Assembly (NCBI GenBank): GCA_951406725.2
Contig: OX597814.1
Coordinates: 163,370,001 to 163,434,000, forward strand
Origin: Octopus vulgaris
Taxonomy: Eukaryota
Direction of reading: 5' to 3'
Length of the DNA stretch: 64,000 nt
The translations under genes and the position numbers were made by a program. The notes beneath the pieces were generated by a model. It saw only the letters and a list, made by a program, of their open reading frames with translations, was not told the origin of the DNA and did no database searches. Numbering within the stretch: the stretch's first letter is position 1; each line of letters opens with the position of its first letter. Positions 61,690 to 64,000 of the stretch are shown here, in pieces.

Positions 61690-62317
61690 AAAGGTCGTAA
61701 TAACATTATTTAGAAGGGTGACTTCATTTCTTGAGGGAGGATACATGCCCCTCAGGACCACCACCACCCTTGGGTCCGCCCATGGAGTCCATGAGACATA
61801 TTCTAGTTCTCGGTTAATACATTTATGCTTATGTTCCCGTTGGTATGCTACTTTTAATGCTAACTACACCAAGAGCAATTTCTCAGTGTCTGTAAAGCTT
61901 TTAGTTACATTTCTAGTCAAGTTTAGTTGATTCAAGCTAATGGCTCAGACTTCTTGCGCGGGTTTCTCTATTTCAACAATAATCTTTTTCGGTAAGTCAT
62001 TAAAAACTTGTGCTGCTAGTTATCTTTGAAATGTTACATGGGAGAATTTTGACTCATGTTCTTAATCTTTCACTAAATGACAATAAAATAATTGTCCTTT
62101 TCCTATCAAATTGTTCGTCTTTCTATACCAGTCTAACATTGGTGAGTGTGTGTGTCTGTGTGTGTGTGCGATTGTGTGTGTGTATGTATGTTTGTATACG
62201 AATTATATATGTATGTACATGTATGCATATTTTTTTTTGTATACGTGTATACATCAATGTGTCAATTCTTGTAATACTGGTCCTGACTGTTGCACTTACA
62301 CAGACACACACACACAC

Positions 62318-62348
<31 letters not shown>

Positions 62349-62511
62349 AGTGTATATAAGTTCAGTAAAATTTAGATTAAGTTGAATATGGTACTTAAGT
62401 TAAAGGCACCAGAATTTAGTATGGTATTATCCATATAATTCAAAATGGGGTGATTATAATCAAAATAAGCATCAAGGATATCCAGACGATATCCTTGTTG
62501 CTTATTTGATG

Positions 62512-62581
<70 letters not shown>

Positions 62582-62593
62582 TACATATATATA

Positions 62594-63828
62594 AGGGCAA
62601 GTATGAAATTTATAGTAAGGTACATGATAAACTTTGACAGCTGCTCATTTTGTGCCATTATTATATTTTGACAATCTTTATTTTTTGTTAGAAAGCTGAT
62701 ACATCTGTTTCCTTATTCTAACTCATTTTGCGCTTTATAAAGTATTTATAAATCGTTTTTTGCTATTTTTCGTTAGAGATGGATAAGTCGGAGATTCGTA
62801 GTTTTGAAATATGAGTTCTTTCTTGGAAATGCAGCATCACAGACAACTTGGAATATTAATGGAGTATTTCATTCTAATGTTATTACACAGCAGACAGGAT
62901 CAAATTGGTTTGCAAAATTTCGATCTGGTAACTTTAACCTCACAACTGAGCAACGCGGTCGACCAGAAACAAAGGTGGGCAATGACGAACTGAAAGCTAC
63001 CGTCGAGTCAGATCCATCTCAAAATGCCCGTGAATTATCGTTGTTGTTTGGTGTTAGCAAGCAAACAATATTGACTTACCTATTTCAAATCAGTAAAGTG
63101 AAAAAGTTGGATAAGTGGGGTCCACATGAACTCAAGCCTGTATGATGCAACTTTCTCATCACAAAAATGCATCATTTTTTAATCGAATTGTAAGATGCGA
63201 TGAGAAATGGATCCAATATAACAACCGTAAACGTTCAGCACAATAGTTGGACTAAGACGAGCCACCAAAAGACAGTCCAAAAAGAAAAATTCATCAAAAG
63301 AAGCTGATGGTATGTGTTTGGTGGTCTGATGCAGGTGTGATTCATTATGATTTCATTAAACCTGGCTCGTCAATCACGGCCGAAGTATACTGCGGCTACC
63401 TGACCCAAATGATGCAGAAACTTACAAAAAAACAGCCTAGATTAGTCAACAGATCCATTCCTATTTTATTTCAAGACAACGCCAGACCACACATTGCAAA
63501 AATGACATTGGCGAAACTACAGGAGTTAAAGTTGGAAATTCTCCATCATCCACCAAACTCACCTGATCTACTACTTCTTCCAGAATTTGGATAACTTTTT
63601 GATAGGAAAAAAATTTAATTCCGACGATGCTGTAAAACAGGCCTTTCAAGATTTTATTGACTCTAGATTGCCAGGCTTTTACAGTTCCGGGCTGGACAAG
63701 CTACCGCTGAAATGGCAAACGTGTATTGACAATATGGATGCATGCTTTGATCAATAAAACTATTCCTTGTATTTATAAAACATTAGCAAACTTCCTTTAC
63801 TTTTCTACAAATTTCATACTTGACGAAC
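62594..63828 (+). mobile_element. Near full-length defective mariner transposon
   Basis: TIRs caagtatgaaatttatag / ctacaaatttcatacttg. Transposase remnant 62779-63757 with KWGPHEL, RCDEKW, FQDNARPH and HPPNSPDL. Confidence 0.9.
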
Positions 63829-64000
63829 ACTAACACAACCACTAACAATAACATTGACATATTGTATGAAGAAGATAAGCAAATCCATTTCATATAAAAA
63901 ATATATAATGCACTATCCTAGTGTGTTTTGAAAGTTGAATGAATATCTTTGATCTTAGGTCTATGAAGATTGACTTTAGGATACACAGCCACAACAATAC

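Overview
AT-rich, microsatellite- and transposon-dense animal DNA. The SINE/RTE/mariner repertoire and the (TA)n/(TG)n/(TATG)n load suggest a coleoid cephalopod such as Octopus (inference). Two convergent spliced genes can be built by hand from GT-AG sites: a compact GLIS2-type C2H2 zinc-finger gene (+, CDS 4609-9075, 3 coding exons, 302 aa) and a secreted cysteine-rich protein (-, CDS 23979-13294, 7 exons, 895 aa) with a signal peptide, a 6-Cys WAP-like module and 20 pacifastin/half-VWC-like repeats. The rest is mostly decayed mobile DNA: RTE, R4/Dong-like, HERO-like and L1/Tx1 LINEs, a Gypsy element, mariner/Tc1 copies, MITEs and two tRNA-SINE families. The most notable feature is a non-coding array at 45533-46558. 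It is a 358-bp structured unit in nearly three copies (two tandem, one inverted and circularly permuted), each carrying a type I hammerhead ribozyme fold, i.e. a candidate retrozyme/circular-RNA system. Several unrelated minimal, Penelope-type hammerhead motifs also sit in small elements next to (TA)n tracts.
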